A DNA stretch of 52,781 bases, the filler included, from Stramenopiles sp. TOSAG23-6 (taxonomy: Eukaryota), in the NCBI GenBank assembly GCA_900128565.1. It is 2 parts of 2 records of this genome, joined end to end, with 100 filler letters (N's around TTAATTAATTAA, not from the genome) between each part and the next. Parts side by side here need not be neighbours in the genome. Positions count along the whole stretch, not along the records: positions 1 to 26,496 come from LT635986.1; 1 more part is not named here. One strand, 5' to 3'. The notes under the pieces are model-generated. The model was not told where the DNA came from and searched no databases. It worked only from the letters and a program-made list of their open reading frames with translations. Shown one piece after another: positions 1 through 12,600 of the stretch. The position numbers and the translations under genes were made by a program. Each line of letters begins with the position of its first letter. Positions within the stretch are counted from its first letter, which is position 1.

Positions 1-299
1 ATGTCCTACAAATAAATGAAAAGCAGCAACATTGCACAAATGATACTAAAAATGTATCGTTTGTTTCTGATGATTTTTGTGACGATTCCGATGAACAGCT
101 TTTACTTGATATTTCATCATCTTCATCTTGTAATTAAAATTATTCCTCGTTTTTTCCTGTACATTCATCTTCAGATTTCGTGTCCTAAGAACTTTCACTG
201 TACTATTAGCTACTTTAGAAAAGAAAATCGATATTTTTTTTACATTCAATAATAAATTTTATAAAAAATAGCTACGTATATACATGAATTAAACCTAAC

Positions 300-2358
300 T
301 CAACTCATTAATTGTCGGCATTCAATTGAGAGTAATATAGTTTCAATTCTCTCAATATCATTTGGTGTCAGTACAAGAGTTCCAATTTTCAAATTTAATT
401 TTTTTTTCGTAACTAACTTTGAATCTACCATTTGTTTTTCTATGTTTTGAACCGTATTGGACGACTTATTCTCATTAGATAATTTGAGTACTTTATGAGA
501 ATTTGATGTATCATCTTGACCTTCAAGCCATTTCTTACTTTTTATTTTCTTTTCTTCTCTTTTTTCAGTTTTTAATTCACCACGAGACTTTTGTCGATGT
601 ATAACAAACTCACCTGGACAAGGTGTACCAACTTTACTAGCAATACCATTCATACCAAAATTTTCATATAAAGTATTTGCCACGTTTCTACTGGTCCAAA
701 TCATGTATTGTGGAAAAATATTTCAAAAAAATATAAAAAAAAATGTTAGGTACAAAATTTACTATGAAAAAAAATTAGACAAAAAATTGAAAAAAAATAA
801 AACATACATATTTCCGCGACTTAAAGGTTTGCTTTGATCCCAACGAGAAAAGCACATGTATTACAACAAATATTTTGAAATAGTTTGAAATTTGTTAGGT
901 ACAAAATTTCGTATGAAAAAAATATACATTCGAAATTGGTAAAAAAAAAAAAAAAAAATCATGATAAAAAAATCCAAAAGAAAATTTAAAAAAAAATTGT
1001 TAGGTACAAAATTTGGTACGGAAAAAAACGTACATCTTAATACTTCTACTCATAACTTCAAGCGTGATACTGTCTCTTTTATACCANACAGATGTAAGTG
1101 AATATTCAATATCGTCCATATTAAATTTAATTTCATCGTTAGATATGCCGTATAATGTTTTCTCTCGCTCCATTGCCAACTGGAACGCTTTCGATTTGAA
1201 ATTTTTAGTCAATCTTTCACTTCCGATTGGTTTTATTGGCAGTTTTGCAATTTCGCAAAGGGTAAATGAAGCCATCCCCATACCAGCAACAGCTGGTGCA
1301 GTACCAAGTACTGGCATAATACGAAGTCTAAAATGAGCACGGGCACCAAAATGATCAGGATCNGCTTTCTGTGCGTCTGTTAGGGGTAACAAATTAACGC
1401 GTGGAACTTCAGAAGAAAATATACAAGGAATACCAATTTTTTTGCACGAATTTCTCGGGCCCAATTTTCCAATATTATACCTCTCACGAAGTTGTCTTCT
1501 TGTTGCGCAAGCTAATCCGTCAGATAACACGTCACTAAGATCAGCGATTTGAAGTCGTGTTGGATCAGCACGAGCACCAGCACCGAGTGCACTCACTACA
1601 CGAAGTTTTTTTTCCAAACATGCGGCAAGCAAATCAGCTTTTGTTCGAACATCATCGATACAGTCAAGAACAAAATCAGGATTTCCGGACAATAAGTCAT
1701 CTGAAGTCTCTGCACTGAATGTGTTGACACAGACTTCAACTGTACAAAACGGAGCAAATTTTTTGAAAAACTTTTGAAGAGCAATTGCTTTCGGAAGACC
1801 GACGTCATCGTATGTTGCACAAGCATGCCGGTTCAAAGAGGATAAAGTAACCATATCAAAATCGACGATTCGGATTTTTCGTACACCAGATCTAACCAAC
1901 ATATGAGCTGCATGACTGCCAACGCCACCAAGACCAACAACCACAACAAAAGCATCGTGGATAACAGCCTGTGCTTTGTCACCAAAAAAAGCACGATTTC
2001 GTGCAAATTGTTCCTCAAATATTTCTGGTGGTACGTCTTTTGGACCTCCATTTTCATCTGAACGTAAAGCTCTATACATTTTGTATGTATGTCGAATAGA
2101 TGCAAGAATGGCAGAGACCATACCCATTGGTTCTGATGCGCGGGAAAAGACTTCTTCAGGCCATAGAGATTTGTATTTGGAACTTTGCCCAGAAGTTTTT
2201 TGAGTCTCATTTTTGGAACTTTGCCCAGAAGTTTTTTGAGTCTTACGCAAAAAGAAAGCAACCATACCAGTAACAGCTGCTCCAGTAGCAGCAACTGTGA
2301 CGGCAACTGCAAATGGGCAATGTTTGGGTGAACTCTTTGATGAGCTACAGCTTGCCAT
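300..2358 (-). CDS. tRNA threonylcarbamoyladenosine dehydratase (TcdA/TCD1-TCD2-like ThiF/E1 family); exons 2358-1034, 855-808, 702-300
   Basis: VVVVGLGGVGSHAAHMLVRSGV, DFDMVTLSSLNRH, VLDCID and GAGARADPTR motifs, plus an N-terminal hydrophobic anchor. Removing two non-canonical introns gives ...SIKM-CFSRWDQSKPLSRGN-MIWT..., matching the RWD..P...N C-terminal motif of eukaryotic TCD proteins. Confidence 0.88.
703..807 (-). mobile_element. Non-canonical introner-like intron (105 nt, GT...CAT, AT/AT direct repeat)
   Basis: AAT AT|GTATGTTTTATTTT...TTTGTACCTAAC...CCACAATACAT|G ATT TGG restores the frame. Confidence 0.85.
856..1033 (-). mobile_element. Double-length non-canonical intron (178 nt) with two element cores
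   Basis: AAG AT|GTACG...GTAATACAT|G TGC TTT. It contains two AAATTTTGTACCTAAC cores (+ strand gttaggtac at about 894 and about 999). Confidence 0.8.
2177..2243 (-). repeat. 36-bp tandem duplication in coding sequence (TQKTSGQSSK x2)
   Basis: Two copies of ttggaactttgcccagaagttttttgagtct. Confidence 0.9.
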
Positions 2359-2611
2359 TGTAATATAATATCAAAATCGTAAAGTATATAACCTACTGTA
2401 GACTGTAGTATACGTAGCGGATAGGCATGTGACCAGTCTTGTCATAACAGAACAATATATAATTGGTACGAATTTTCGTACCAACGGTCAAAAAGCACCC
2501 TATAGAAATTCGCTGGCTTCCTTCCTTGTCTTGCGCCTCGGGATCTCGGGTCTTGTCTTTTCGGCTTTGTTCTGTTTGCCGACCCTTGTTTTTTCACTCA
2601 TACTTTCAAAA

Positions 2612-2980
2612 ATGCCAAAATCTACCCCAATTAACGAACTCTCTGACATCCAGAAGTCTGAGCTTGCAACTTCATTGGCTGCTCTCGTTCTCGTTGACGG
2701 CGAAAAGGAAATCTCTGAAGAAAACCTTAACGCTGCTATCAAGGCTGCATCTTGCACTGTTGAAGCTTACTACCCTACAATGTTCGCTAGTCTCCTCTCT
2801 AAAACCGATGTTGATGTTAAAGACATGATCAAACTCGGCGGTGGCGGCGGCGGCGGCGGCGGCGCTGGTGGTGCTGGTGGTGCTGCAGCTGAAGAAGCTG
2901 TTGTTGAAGAAGAAGAAGAAGAAGAAGAAGAGGTCGAAGTCGGAAATATGTTCGGCGGTGATGACGATGATGCTTGGTAA
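2612..2980 (+). CDS. RPLP1: 60S acidic ribosomal protein P1
   Basis: SELATSLAALVLVD...ISEENLNAAIKAA..VEAYYPTMFA, Gly/Ala hinge, acidic tail ending MFGGDDDDAW. The true ATG is at 2612, within the longer ORF. Confidence 0.9.
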   Translation: MPKSTPINELSDIQKSELATSLAALVLVDGEKEISEENLNAAIKAASCTVEAYYPTMFASLLSKTDVDVKDMIKLGGGGGGGGGAGGAGGAAAEEAVVEEEEEEEEEVEVGNMFGGDDDDAW

Positions 2981-3656
2981 ACTACCGGTCACACATGTAA
3001 TCACGTTATGAATAGAGCGTCCTATTGTGGATGAGTATTTCTTAGCCTTGAAAATCAGTAAAAAACTTGGGGCAAATCAAATCTCTTGTTTCATATTTCT
3101 TATATTTTAGTTTTAAAATCTTTTTATGATCTTGTGAACTTCTCAAACTCAAGTGAGCTTATGCATGATTAGGGTTAGGGTTACTCTTGAATATGCTAAA
3201 TATATCTAATATAGATAATACGGCTGAGTCTAATATGCTCTAATTTACAAACTGTACTCTCCACGCTGCTAAATTAGATACAGAAAATGTTGTGCTCAGT
3301 AGCACCGTCAGCTGGAACAAAACTGCAACAAAACTGGTATCTCGAAACTTCTTTATTTTGTCCTCTACTTTTTCTCTATTTCACTACTATATTTATATTC
3401 GATTCTATTACATTGTTGCTTGCGTCATTTACTCCGCTTCAATGTATATCATCTGTACGTATCCTCACTGCAACAAAATTGCTGTATTTGTTTTGCAGAA
3501 TTTAGAAAAACACTGTGCCACTGCCACGTGTCAAAATAATAGTCAGTCCGATAGAACGAATTATTGGAATTATCGGTCGTCCAATCCGTAATTAATNCGA
3601 TACCCATTGGCCATTGCTATGAAATAGGTTTAAAACATCTTTCATTCGACAATAAC

Positions 3657-5078
3657 ATGGACAAAACTACACTATTAACACTTCTAGTATTTGCTAGTAC
3701 TATCTTGCTGACTCAGTCTGCTACAGAACCACNTGTGAAAAGAGCTCGAAACTCTGAATCTGAAGAGTCATTGCAAACTCGTGATTTTACGTTGGAAAAT
3801 CTATCGGACGAAAACTCTGATGTATTTACTTATTTGTTAAGTTTTCTCCCGGATTCTGATATTAGAAGNGTCCATGCTGTTTCAAAGAGATTNCGAGGAG
3901 NAATACTCGAGCATATCTATNTTGATTATTATAAAAAGGCAGTACAACGATATAAAGAAGTATATGATAGGATTAACACTTTACCGAGANACCTATTACC
4001 TCTCTCATCTGAGTTNGGNCCATTGCCTTCNGAAGAAGTTGACAAGACAATGNTTCTGCAAGGTTTCGANCGGCTTCNAAAGGCATCAGAACCAATATTT
4101 GTTGCTTTAANAGATATGGAAGATTGGGAAGTGAAATTTGGGTTTTTGGCTTGGGAAGAACAATTTTCAGTAAGAAGAAACAAATTATCAGTTGGTCAGA
4201 ATTACGCAGTTACCTTATTAGAGGATGGNAGTGTATACACATGGGGAAAGGGAATTTTTGGTACACTTGGTCATGGCAGGAAGCATGATGTACTCTTGCC
4301 TAAACGTGTGAGAAAATTGAGAGGTGTGAAAGTAGTAAAAGTTGCAACTGCTTCTGTACACGTTGTTGCATTAGCTGAAGATGGTAGAGTATTTGCTTGG
4401 GGAAATGACTATACTGGTATACCTGCTACTAGCNTCAACTCTTATGCACAACTCTTCCCTAAGCAAGTAGATATTCAAAANAAAACAATAGTGGATATAT
4501 CAAGTGTTCGTGAACACACTGTTGCATTAGCAAAAGATGGTACTGTATACACGTGGGGATCTGGAAAATATGGTCAACTTGGTCATGCTACACTTAGGNT
4601 TAGACATGAATNCATACCTAGACAAGTGGAAGCACTAAATGACGAGAAAGTTGTGAAGGTAGCAGCTGGTGCTTGTCACACTGTTGCATTAACANACGAT
4701 GGCAAATTATTCACATGGGGTTGTGGAATGGCTGGTATTCCTCATGTAGTTCAATATCATGTGAATGCCAGTACACCTACGCAAGTGTTAAAAGGTATTA
4801 AAGTATTGAAATTTTCAGTTGGTATGGCTCACACTGTTGNATTATCAGAAGATGGTAGAGTATTCACATGGGGCATTGGATGTAATTTCCAGCTTGGTCA
4901 TGGTAATGATCATGATCAATTCGTACCAAAGGAAATAGAATNGTTGAAACAAAAGGTTTCCCGGTTAGGACTTGAAACTGATAAAATAGTGGATGTAGTA
5001 GCTGGTAAATATGACACTGTAATATTCTTTGCAACGGGTCGGATTATACGTGTTGGAAGAAGTAATATAATTGNCTAA
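3657..5078 (+). CDS. Signal-peptide + F-box-like + RCC1-repeat protein
   Basis: N-terminus MDKTTLLTLLVFASTILLTQSA; F-box-like VFTYLLSFLPDSDIRxVHAVSKR; about 5 RCC1 repeats (VYTWGxGxxGQLGH, VAAGACHTVAL). Confidence 0.8.
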   Translation: MDKTTLLTLLVFASTILLTQSATEPXVKRARNSESEESLQTRDFTLENLSDENSDVFTYLLSFLPDSDIRXVHAVSKRXRGXILEHIYXDYYKKAVQRYKEVYDRINTLPRXLLPLSSEXXPLPXEEVDKTMXLQGFXRLXKASEPIFVALXDMEDWEVKFGFLAWEEQFSVRRNKLSVGQNYAVTLLEDXSVYTWGKGIFGTLGHGRKHDVLLPKRVRKLRGVKVVKVATASVHVVALAEDGRVFAWGNDYTGIPATSXNSYAQLFPKQVDIQXKTIVDISSVREHTVALAKDGTVYTWGSGKYGQLGHATLRXRHEXIPRQVEALNDEKVVKVAAGACHTVALTXDGKLFTWGCGMAGIPHVVQYHVNASTPTQVLKGIKVLKFSVGMAHTVXLSEDGRVFTWGIGCNFQLGHGNDHDQFVPKEIEXLKQKVSRLGLETDKIVDVVAGKYDTVIFFATGRIIRVGRSNIIX

Positions 5079-5197
5079 TTATCTATAATTTTATATTTCT
5101 TGACTTTTATTAATTTAATTAGGATTTGATAGATTTCATGTTGTCGTCAAAATGACAAGACGCTTTTTGCTCNCGGTATATGGCCNAACACGTAACT

Positions 5198-6910
5198 CTA
5201 ATCTCCACGCTGCCAAAGCTGACACAGAAAATTTTGTGCACAGTTTACGTCAAAACTTTCAACTGGAACAAAACTTGTATCTCGAAANTCNTCTGTTTCT
5301 CTACTACTTATACTTGATTCTATTACATTGGTGTTTGAATCATTCAGTACATCACTCTGTCTACCATCTGTATCTTCGCTTAAATCGAATTGCTGCACAA
5401 CACTACTTGCAGTTTCTGTTTTTGCATCTTCTGGAGGGTTATTACTACTACTTGTATTTCGTATCTTGTTTTTTATTGCTTGGTCATTTACATTACTCGC
5501 GAGAATATGCGTAGTAATNCTTGGTTGTTTATCACTAGTTAGCAGGTTGTTTTCATTGACTTGTTTTTTTTTCGAAATTTTTTCCTGNTGGCTTTTTTTA
5601 TTTCCGTCTTTATAAGTATTTTCTACGCAGGGCAAATGTATACTATTCTCGTGAAAATCGAGTATTGAATTATTTACGACACAGTTCTCCGAAGAATTGA
5701 GTATTGNATTATTTTTTGAATTTTCTGCTTGATTACTTGCTGCGCTGGCTGATGCACCAATAATAGATAATAACTTGGGATGCGTCTTCAAAGTATCCCA
5801 ATAATTGGAGTTGACACCCTCTATAACATTTCTATTTGTACCTAAATCACCAAATTTTTTTCTATATTCCGTACCAAGGGCACAAAGTTTCTCTACNAGT
5901 TGTAAAGCCTCTGCTCGCATGCTCTCCATCTCAATTAGTTTTGTGGGAGTAATTTGTGTNATGCTCTCCATCTCAATTAGTTTTTTAGAAGTAATTTGTG
6001 TTGATAATTCAATATCAGCAGGAGGAGCAGTTGTTGTCTCTTTAACTGACAGATTGTGNTTTTCAATTTTCATGATATTATTATGTTTTTCATTCTTCAT
6101 GCTAGTCGGAGATTTTTTTCGATTTACATTACCTCCATTTTGATTCAATAGGGAAAAAAAATCGTAGTCCTTTTCTTTTGATGATATCGAATCAGTATTA
6201 TTAGTATAGGTACTGTTTTTTGCACTATTTTGAATACATTTTGGTAGTATTTTTGAATTCTTNACGTCAATGTTCATCNTATTGTATTTTTCTACGTGAG
6301 GAGAGGGAGATAAAGAGTCAGAAAGTGCACTTAAATCACACTCAAAGATTTTCTTTTTGTGCTCGGTTGAAAATAGCCGTGCATTTGTTTTAATAGTTAC
6401 GTCAAGGTCCCGATGCTTTGGACTTCTACAAAATTTTGGATCGTATTCCTCGAGTGAGCTTTCGTCATTTTTCGTGCTATGCAAAGTATCGTCACTGTCA
6501 CCACCGGAATAATCAGAATCAAATGCTTTCTGTCTGACACATTCTTTTATNACTTCTAAACGATCCCTCTTGATTGTTCCTTCAGCAATGGCGTTGTCGT
6601 AGGCCTTGAGAAATTCGTCAATATTTCCAGTGCGTAACGCAACAGACATTTTCTTAACAAGATGTCTTTCAATCTGGCGCTTTGTACGTGAAATCCCTCC
6701 TTGACTTGTTGATGAATCACTTGGACAACTTGACACTGTAACTATTTCTACACTAATATCTTTAGCTAACCTATTANTTTTCCTCTTTCTTGCTCTTCGA
6801 CGTTTACTTTTTAAGTTTTTCCTATTCTTTTTATTTGAAGTCAAATGTTTAGTATTTGGCGGAATATTAGATACTTGAGTTATCTTTTTCTTCCGCTTTC
6901 CCCGTGTCAT
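5198..6910 (-). CDS. Hypothetical basic/low-complexity protein
   Basis: About 570-codon open frame from MTRGKRKKK, NLS-like and Asn/Ser-rich. No recognisable domain. Confidence 0.6.
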   Translation of the reverse strand: MTRGKRKKKITQVSNIPPNTKHLTSNKKNRKNLKSKRRRARKRKXNRLAKDISVEIVTVSSCPSDSSTSQGGISRTKRQIERHLVKKMSVALRTGNIDEFLKAYDNAIAEGTIKRDRLEXIKECVRQKAFDSDYSGGDSDDTLHSTKNDESSLEEYDPKFCRSPKHRDLDVTIKTNARLFSTEHKKKIFECDLSALSDSLSPSPHVEKYNXMNIDXKNSKILPKCIQNSAKNSTYTNNTDSISSKEKDYDFFSLLNQNGGNVNRKKSPTSMKNEKHNNIMKIEXHNLSVKETTTAPPADIELSTQITSKKLIEMESXTQITPTKLIEMESMRAEALQXVEKLCALGTEYRKKFGDLGTNRNVIEGVNSNYWDTLKTHPKLLSIIGASASAASNQAENSKNNXILNSSENCVVNNSILDFHENSIHLPCVENTYKDGNKKSXQEKISKKKQVNENNLLTSDKQPXITTHILASNVNDQAIKNKIRNTSSSNNPPEDAKTETASSVVQQFDLSEDTDGRQSDVLNDSNTNVIESSISSRETXXFRDTSFVPVESFDVNCAQNFLCQLWQRGD

Positions 6911-7095
6911 CTCTCTAAGAAGAAAAACTATATGAAAACGCACACTATTCGTGAGGTAGTGTAGAAGTGAAGAAGTCGTTTTACAGTTACAAAAAAAATA
7001 AAAAATCCCTTTTTTGGTACAAAGTCAATAGGTATTACTTGATGGAATTCAAGAGCGGTATCTATTTTCATTTCCCTTCCATTGATTAAAAAGGA

Positions 7096-9376
7096 ATGAA
7101 TGATGAAAACTATGACAAATGGCGCCGCTATCATCAAGCTATACGAGGTGGTCGTAGCCCTTTATCTTTTGCAAAAAAAGCTACCCCAATGTGGCAAAAA
7201 GTGCATGAGAGTAAATCACGCCTACCTCCGATGCGTTGTGGTCAAGACTTAATTGAGGTTATTGGAGGCGACTATAATCTTGAAGGCTTACAAGCTGCAA
7301 GAGCAAAAACAGCTATTGTAAAAAATACACCCAAAATAATGCAAAAATTTGCGAATGCTACNCGTGCAGTCACCTCACTTCATTCAACAAAAAGAAAGAA
7401 GAACAACGCTAATCGAAGTGCGTTCAAAAGTACTTCCGATAAAATGTTTTTCGGGCTCACGGCTAGTGAAAGGCTTACGAATAGGCTGCAAGTTTCAGCT
7501 ATTAGTAATGTGAATGAACTTCGAGAGTCATTACATTGTAATGGTATGCGTAGTCATAAACCTAGTAAAAAGAATAGCAGTGACAGCAGTAGTAACTCTG
7601 AAATCAACTTCAGCAACCAAGTAGGAGAAAATGTTTTTTACAGCTCTAAAGTGTGCTTCGAGTTTAAAACAACGGAAGAAAGTCTATGGCTCTCTGTTGA
7701 TAAACATGGAGTAGTAGCAGCACGACCTCGAAAAACAGANGGATCACAATTAGGATTTATTTTTGTATTTTCCTTAATTAATATGAAAAATATTGGGGAT
7801 AGTGGTAAAATATTATTTGGAGANGACGTATCAATTTGTATTAGTAGAGGCGAAGGTCATCGTTGGCAATCGGGAAGTGTCATTGGTAGTCGCATGCATA
7901 ATGCAATAAATCTTATAAAAGAAACGAGACCTGACAACTATATCATGGGNGATGCTGTTCCAATATGCGCTAGTTTGCCTATTGACCAAGNTAATGAACG
8001 ACGACAAGTAAATGTATGTTTTATTTTTTTTCAAATTCCAATTTGTTTTTCGTACGGAATTTTGTACCTAACATTTTTTTTTTTTAATATTTTTCCAAAA
8101 TACATAGAACTGCGAGTGTTGTTAGTAAATTTAAGTTTCGACCTGCTCTTAAAGAAGAAGCATACCATAACGGCGGACGACTCAAAGCAAAACANATTGC
8201 TCTAGAGAAACTAAATAATCCAAGTGTAACAAAAAATGGNGATTCCGCAGTAAAAAGAAAACTACCCAAAGCATCACAGTTGTTTAATGCGTGTCCGATT
8301 TATTTAGAACAAGACTGGTATATTTTGGGTACTGAAAATGGCATAGAAAATACTCAAAAACATAGTGGTAATAATAAAACGAATACTGCTACAAGTAGTT
8401 CTAACGCAGCAAATAATAATGATGATGTGACTAATAAATCGAGAAAAGCTGTGTTACAAAAAATAATATGCTCAACACAAGCGAAGTCTAGTTTATTTTC
8501 AGTACCAATGTCTGGAGTTTGGATTTTGCGTCTNGTAAAAGCGTCTACAAATGGTAAGAGAACAGGTGGAGATACATACGCNGAAATACTAGCATCAAAA
8601 GCAACAGACCAACTACAAAAATCAGCACACCTGAGAGGAGGAAAGTTGTCATATCCCAAAGAAGGGATTCGTGGTGGTACAAATTTTGCACTAGATTTAC
8701 GACAGAAAATGTTAGAAAAGGATGTATCTACTGAAAAGAAGTTTCTTTCAAATCAATATGAAACATCTACATTGCATTTCGAAAATGGGAAATCGAGTAT
8801 GCAAAGTTTTCTAGTTGATTGTCTAGAAGACAACCTAAACCATTCCATTATCCGAGTTCAAACCCATCATCGGCCAANTTATAAGAGAAATACTCAGTCT
8901 TTTGGAATGAATGCTAAAAGAAGAACATGTATGTGTTATTTTTTTCAATTATGAATTTATTTTTCGTACGCAATTTTGTACCTAACAAATTTAAGTTTTT
9001 TTTTNTNATATTTTTCCAAAATACATCTATAAGAAACAAAATGAGGAGTTTAGGAATTTACAAGAAAAAGAAACCCCGTTTCCCATTAGGCCAGAAGCTT
9101 TGGTATAAAGGGATGTGTGGGTCAGATTTGNCAGCTGTTGATCGTTCTATTAATGATATTATTGACGCTGAAAATAAATTAACAGCTGATGCATTGAATG
9201 AANCNCGTGCTAGGGCAAAGGTGCGTGGTGAAGTTGGATTACATGAAGAGGTTGTCCATGGTAAGCATATTGCAAAGCATTTGAAAGAGGTTGATGAAGA
9301 TATGATCAAAATATTGAAGCACTGCAGGAACAATCGTGATTTTATTGAACTGTATGATGGCTTGTTCAATGGATAA
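7096..9376 (+). CDS. Hypothetical protein; exons 7096-8013, 8106-8928, 9027-9376
   Basis: Three ORF pieces join into one frame when two element copies are removed (RQVN-RTASVV; KRRT-SIRNKM). Confidence 0.7.
8014..8105 (+). mobile_element. Non-canonical intron (92 nt, GT...CAT)
   Basis: GTA AAT|GTATGTTTT...CGTACGGAATTTTGTACCTAAC...CAAAATACAT|AGA ACT. Using the adjacent AG (8106-8107) gives a stop within 6 codons. Confidence 0.85.
8929..9026 (+). mobile_element. Non-canonical intron (98 nt, GT...CAT)
   Basis: ACA T|GTATGTG...TTTGTACCTAAC...CAAAATACAT|CT ATA restores the frame. Confidence 0.85.
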
Positions 9377-9642
9377 AAACTCATAAAGTATAAATACGTT
9401 TGATATTTTTTCAATTTGTTTTATCATCATTCTCAACTTTCTAAAATGTTTAATGAATCTCCAAATTTAAAAAAAAAAAAGAGTCGGAGGAACTTGACAT
9501 TTTTTTGTATTATGACTATTACATTTGTTTGTTATCTTTGTAGTAATGCCCCTATAGTTTAGTTAAATGTATATACAAAAATGTATATAAAAAATGTATA
9601 ATTGTGATTACTTTCGATTAAGATGTTACATTTATGACTGGA

Positions 9643-12600
9643 CTACCAATCAGATGACCCATTATCAAGACTATTTTTCACACTTCCAAACTTTTTCATA
9701 TCCGCATGAGCAACTTTAAGATCTTTTCGAACTTTTTTACGCATGTAGAATATAGGACAATCCTTATTACTACACAATACATCTTGGTGTAGTGATCCCT
9801 GACACCGTTGACATTGAGACCAGAGACGTGAAAATCGTGTTTCTAAATCATGTAAATTGGATAATTTTTCAGTATATGTTTGAACTTCATTACCTGAACA
9901 ATGCTTGCAAAAATGTCCATTCTTTTTTGTCCATCCACTAGGAAGNACAGCTTTACACGAAATACACTTATCCTTTTTCACAGCAAACATCATGATACCA
10001 CCTGCTTTGGCTTTAGGTAGAGCTTTCTTAATAGTACGCGTATGATCACCGGCGAATAGAGATGAGACATTCTCAATAATGGGACTGAAAATTCGTTCCA
10101 AAGGTTTTTTCAACTGATTTTCCAAATAATATTGAGTATCCAATGGCAAATCATTTTCAAGTACATATAACGGATCTTCAGATTTTTCAAATGCACGAGC
10201 TCCTTTGCCTTTCTGAACAATAACATACGGCACGCGATCGCCAACGACAGGAGCACTTGAAGGATCCCGTTGAGCCATACGCCTTGCAAGTTCCACATGA
10301 GCTTGTTTGTTTTTATATTCGTCACTATCAATAGGTTTAGACAAAGATTTTGTAATCACAAGTAAAGAAATGTCAACCTTGTTCTGTAATAATTGAGAAA
10401 TCATGTGTTTGGTGTATGCAATTGCTCCCTCCACATCACGCTGTACAATAATTTTGTCGAGAACTTTACCTACGACATTACGAACTAGACCGGAATTATC
10501 TCTGCGAACAGTTTCAATACCTTTTGAATCTAATTTATCCCACTGATCAGGTCTGGTCCAATACAGTCCTGCATACCTTTTTTTATTCATTAATAAATAT
10601 GGAAAATAAACTTTTTCAAATTCAAGCTTTACTGGTGATGGAAACAACTTGGTACATATCTCCGCAGCTTTCACTCCAAGGTCCATTGCTTCTTTCACTG
10701 TATCGACACCAAATTTAACCATTACGGAATCAGTGTCGCCATAAACGACTATAGCATCNGCGGGATGTCCGTTCTTAATAGTGTATATTTCTTCAACTTT
10801 CTCTTTTGTTTGCTGAATCATATCACGACCGAATGCAGTGACTGAAGAAGATATTGGTAGGCAAGGGAGTTGACCAACAGTGGCACCTGTAAATCCATAT
10901 ACTGAATTAGCAGAAATCTTCAAAGCCAACTGTCGTCCATTTTGNACNGCTTTAACCATAGGATCTGTCGCTGCTTTCATATCCTTTTTTGCTTGAGATC
11001 GCGCAGATAATAATTCTTCTAAAATCGTTGGAAGTAATCCTTTTTTGACTTCTTTTTTCACGAAATAGTCTCCAGTTGGTGTTTTTTCGTATTGATCAGG
11101 ATTTAATTTATGAATATCTTCAGCGCAAACTAATGTAGAGTAGCATAAGTTATGTGCCATCATAATAGATGGGTATAGAGATGCAAAATCCAATGTTGCA
11201 ATAGGGGTATCATAATAAGCACGCTTTGGTTCGATAACTGTTGCACCTTCATAACCATCAGCACCACCTGCATTCGCTGATCTTTGTACAGTAGGTACTA
11301 ACATGTTCTTTGTTCTGGCCTTTCTGTAAAGCATTGATAAAACTTTAATCTGTTGTCCACGTTCTAAGAGAAATGATAATGGTACACCAGTGACTCGCGC
11401 CATTTCTACATGATTCACGAGAACCATTAATTTATCCATAAGACGCTGTGGAAGATATGCATCTTTAATACAATACACAGCTAAACGTCTTCTGTCAGCA
11501 TCACTACCTCTTTGTAGATCTGAAATGATCGAATGGTGAACATCTTCCTTCTGTTGTTCTAAGAAATGCGCAGAAACAGAATTTAATGAATATGACGATA
11601 ACTTATGATTCCGCCGCATATAAGTGATCATATCAAAAACTACTCGACCATCAATNTCCGTTGTTATACTATCACGCCGACCATGGGCAGACGATTGAAA
11701 TGTTGTTTCTTTCATTCTACATTGTCTACCAATTACACGACCCCAACGTGCAAATTGGTTATGAATTTTTAGTGCTTTTGCACGATTTAATAAATATGGA
11801 ATATCAAAATTTCCAATATTGTAGCCAGTAATTATATCAAAATCCACAGCAGTTATAAATTTTGTCCAGTTATTGAGAAGCTCTTGTTCAGTTTCATGCG
11901 AAAAAACCTCAGCACCGACAATAGGAAGACAACCTTTAAGCGTAAATACGTTGCGAACCATACTTGTTTTTTCTCCTTGTACGGTTACGATATTTGCGAT
12001 TTGGATCACTGGATCTTTATCAGCTTCTGGAAAGTGATTTTTCCGACCCATGCACTCAATATCGAATGAGAGAACACGAAGTGGAGCTAAACCCATCCAT
12101 TCACCTTCAGGTTTGTGCGAAATAACGGAATCAAAACAGATATCAAATTCTGCTTGACACAAAGTGAGATGATCTTTTTTTTCTCTCATTGAGTATGTTG
12201 CTTTTGGAAGTTCTAACCAATTACATCCAACAATATCGCAGTCAATCATGAAACGTAAAAGGAATGGCATATTAGCTTCATAACACTGATATTTGCGAAA
12301 TGAATGCCCAGGAGCTGCGAAACCATTCTGCATTATTCCACGAGCTGTAGCAACAAAGTTTGGCATACAAACATATATTTTGAGGAACTTGCTCTTTACG
12401 CGCCCATGAAAGCCAAGAATAGACTGCTTCATTTCTTCTTGGATTCCAAGGATGTACGTTGGGATAGGTTGACCACGAGCACGCTCGCGAACTGCAGAAT
12501 CTAGTGCTGAACGAAATGGTCCGGTGTGTTCAGGTTTAAAACCAGGTGGAGCTTGAACATAAAAATATGGTGTAAACCCATGAACATGCGCAAGAACACT

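Noticed and set aside
16..252. Short ORFs at the window start
   Set aside because: Low complexity, no recognisable domain and no consistent gene model.
2429..2611. N-terminal extension of RPLP1 in the ORF track
   Set aside because: It starts at GTG and is pyrimidine-rich leader/promoter sequence. P1 homology begins at ATG 2612.
3169..3183. TTAGGG telomere-like tracts (also 38436-38447 and 40831-40843)
   Set aside because: Only about 2 units each, and one encodes PNPN in the TPR gene. Too short to call telomeric, although two lie near the inverted-repeat junctions.
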